64,000 bases of DNA from Candidatus Omnitrophota bacterium (GTDB taxonomy: Bacteria; Ratteibacteria; UBA8468; MWAK01): contig JAZDPL010000058.1 in assembly GCA_043797665.1 (NCBI GenBank), positions 5,198-69,197 on the forward strand. The letters are read 5' to 3'. Positions 61,721 through 64,000 of this stretch are shown here, one piece after another. A program made the translations under genes and the position numbers. Position 1 is the stretch's first letter. Each line of letters begins with the position of its first letter. The notes under the pieces were generated by a model. That model ran no database searches, was not told the origin of the DNA, and saw only the letters and a list, made by a program, of their open reading frames with translations.

Positions 61721-62980
61721 TTAAATTATTATTTCCTTTATTCCTTCCTGGCTTGCTTGGGGTCCGATTAACGCTAAATTCAAATTTTCTCGCTGGAGAA
61801 TCTGGTTGGCTACGCTCTTAATCTCTTCCGAAGTAACCGCCTTTATCTTTGCGATTATCTCTTCCGGAGTCTCAATCCGGCGTCGGGTGACTAACTGACC
61901 GCCTAAAAAACTCATATATTCCGAGGTGCTTTCCAAACGCAGGTTGAACTGTCCAACCACAAAGTCTTTTGCCCGGTTCAACTCTTCTTCCGGAACCTTT
62001 TCTTCTTTTATCCGGGAAATCTCCCGAAGAATTATCTTTAAGGCTTCCCTGAGGGTAGTAGTGGAAGTCCCGGCATCAATTACAAAAAAACCAGTATCCA
62101 CAAGGGTTGCCGCACCGGCGGAAATCTGATAACAAAGACCCCTCTTTTCCCGCACCTCCACAAAGAGCCGGCTGCTCATATTACCACCCAGAACCACGGT
62201 TAAGAGGGAAAGGGGCCAGCGCCTCTCATCTTCATCCGAAAAAGCCCGGCCGCCTAAACAGAAGTGGACCTGCTCGGTCTCTTTTGTCAAAAGAGAAAAA
62301 CCCGGTCCCGGGTCTTTTTCTTTTGCGGCTAAAAAAGAAAGGCTTTCGCCCTCAGGGATAGGCTGAAGAAAATCTCCCGCTTCCTTCCTGGCTTGTACTG
62401 AATCAAAATTACCCGCGATACTGAGAACCAAAGACTTTGCCCTATAAAAACGCTGCCAGTATTCATAAAGACTATCCCGGGTTAAACCAGCCATCGTCTC
62501 CGGTGTTCCCGCGATAAACCGGCCTAAAGGGTGGTTCGGAAAGACCAGAGCGTGGAAGAGTTCGTGGACATAAGCAGAGGGGATGTCCTGGTACATCTTA
62601 ATCTCTTCCAAGATTACGTTACGCTCGCGTTCAATCTCCTCCGAAGGCAAACCGGGAGAGGCAACCATATCCGAAAGAACGTCTAAGGAAAGGGTAAGGT
62701 GTTTGGCAAAGGGCATCTTAACGTAGTAACAGGTTGTCTCTTCAGAAGTGAACGCGTTAAAAGTGCCGCCGACACCCTCAATCAATCGTTTCAATTCCTC
62801 ACCGGTCCGCTTTTTGGTCCCTTTGAAGAGCAAATGCTCCAGAAAGTGAGCGGACCCGTTCTCTTTTTCCGATTCGTACCGGCTGCCGGTACGGACCCAG
62901 ATGCCGGTAGTTACGGAGTTGTATCCCTGCATCGGGTTCAAGATTATTTCTATTCCGTTCTTAAGGGTTAATATTTCCAT
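61721..62980 (-). CDS. M16 family zinc peptidase
   Basis: HFLEH (HxxEH), NAFTS, SSRLFVEVREKRGLCY. Confidence 0.93.
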   Translation of the reverse strand: MEILTLKNGIEIILNPMQGYNSVTTGIWVRTGSRYESEKENGSAHFLEHLLFKGTKKRTGEELKRLIEGVGGTFNAFTSEETTCYYVKMPFAKHLTLSLDVLSDMVASPGLPSEEIERERNVILEEIKMYQDIPSAYVHELFHALVFPNHPLGRFIAGTPETMAGLTRDSLYEYWQRFYRAKSLVLSIAGNFDSVQARKEAGDFLQPIPEGESLSFLAAKEKDPGPGFSLLTKETEQVHFCLGGRAFSDEDERRWPLSLLTVVLGGNMSSRLFVEVREKRGLCYQISAGAATLVDTGFFVIDAGTSTTTLREALKIILREISRIKEEKVPEEELNRAKDFVVGQFNLRLESTSEYMSFLGGQLVTRRRIETPEEIIAKIKAVTSEEIKSVANQILQRENLNLALIGPQASQEGIKEIII

Positions 62981-64000
62981 TTATGTGTTATTCTGTTTAC
63001 TCTCCAGAATGGTGAGGACAAATAAAAAAAGTACGCCCTGGAGAAGAAGTAACAAACCGGCAGAAAGATTTAAATCTTTCAAAAGCAAGGCCGGTAAACC
63101 CAGACCCAAAGCCAAAAAGTAAATGACCAGTACTGATTCCCGATGGGAAAGGCCGAACTTCAGCAGGCGATGGGAAAGGTGGTCTTTGCCCGGAGTAAAG
63201 ATAGACCGGCCTTCTCTGGTTCTAATTATCATTACCGAAAGGGTGTCAAAGAGCGGGATGGCTAAAATAAAGATGGGTGCCAGAATCGGAAAATAGGTGG
63301 GTGCCTCCCGGCAATAAAAGGTCGCGGTGATAGAAATAACCGCCAAAAAATAACCTACGAAAGTACTTCCTGCCTCTCCCAGAAATATTTTGGCCGGCGG
63401 AAAGTTGTAGCGTAAAAAACCGGCACAGGCCCCCGCAAAGATCGCCAGAAGAGTGGCGATAAAGAGGGTACCGGTCTGGGAAGCGTAAAGGAAAAAAAGG
63501 AAGGAGGCGATAAGAGCAATACCCGCCGCCAGACCATCCATATTATCTAAGAGGTTAAAACTGTTGGTAACCAGAAGGAACCAGCCTAAGGTCAGGATAA
63601 AAGAAAAAAAAGGACCGGGAAGAAAAAGAGTGATTCGTAAATCCCAGAAGAAGAGAAGGAGACCGATTAAAGTCTGCCCCAACAGTTTCCAGCCGGCCTT
63701 AATACCGACGATATCGTCGAGCAAGCCGAAGAGGAAGATAAGTATTCCACCGGAAAGGATTATCAGCAGCCTGGGCAGAACTCCCAGAACACCCGGCAGA
63801 TGCCGGATAACCTCTTTTAGATACTCAGGATAACTACCGGCCGAAGCCAATTTAAAGAGAAGGAACGCAGACAGCAATCCCAAACCGACCGTAAGGAGAA
63901 ATGCGGATATAACTCCGGCACCACCTAAAAGTGGCGTGGGAACCTGATGTACCTTCCTGGGCGCCGGCCGGTCAACCAGCCCTTTGTTGAGCGCCACCTT
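62981..64000 (-). CDS. MraY/WecA-family polyprenyl-phosphate HexNAc-1-phosphate transferase (5' end outside window)
   Basis: DRPAPRKVH..PTPLLGG, GLLDD, NLLDNMDGL, YNFPPAKIFLG, DHLSHRL. Confidence 0.9.
   Translation of the reverse strand, partial: KVALNKGLVDRPAPRKVHQVPTPLLGGAGVISAFLLTVGLGLLSAFLLFKLASAGSYPEYLKEVIRHLPGVLGVLPRLLIILSGGILIFLFGLLDDIVGIKAGWKLLGQTLIGLLLFFWDLRITLFLPGPFFSFILTLGWFLLVTNSFNLLDNMDGLAAGIALIASFLFFLYASQTGTLFIATLLAIFAGACAGFLRYNFPPAKIFLGEAGSTFVGYFLAVISITATFYCREAPTYFPILAPIFILAIPLFDTLSVMIIRTREGRSIFTPGKDHLSHRLLKFGLSHRESVLVIYFLALGLGLPALLLKDLNLSAGLLLLLQGVLFLFVLTILESKQNNT

Overview
Core-chromosome window from an uncultured-type diderm bacterium. The 16S signatures, short PheT, PilM-PilN fusion and GH116/URO-D genes suggest a PVC-related candidate phylum (inference only). 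Contents in order: ilvD (partial); a radical SAM gene; the mreBCD-mrdA-rodA operon; pheT-zapA-tRNA-fMet; a type IV pilus/type II secretion cluster with two secretins; a pta / GlmU-like / acyl carrier protein / glmM operon; a surface-polysaccharide locus; leuS; tRNA-Ala; a stand-alone 16S rRNA followed only by tRNA-Ile (no 23S or 5S); a PilZ protein; an HPr-domain fusion behind rpsB-tsf; dapB-dapL-purE; tandem PPi- and ATP-type pfk; rex; GH116; rsmA; eno; and further housekeeping genes. I found no CRISPR array, transposase, integrase or phage gene. The most striking unexplained structure is a dense set of at least five families of tiny palindromic, non-autonomous elements: GTAG REP doublets, GTCATTCCCG hairpins, GGGGTTG-TIR MITEs, a 24-bp hairpin found only inside other repeats, and an IS200/IS605-like mini-element. 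These nest in one another and are read in-frame into proteins, including LeuS. Other candidates for undescribed biology are the atypical-ACP amino-sugar operon, the HPr fusion, and a small Pro-rich membrane protein between the apparent rRNA promoter and the 16S gene. All calls come from reading motifs by eye; no database searches were run.
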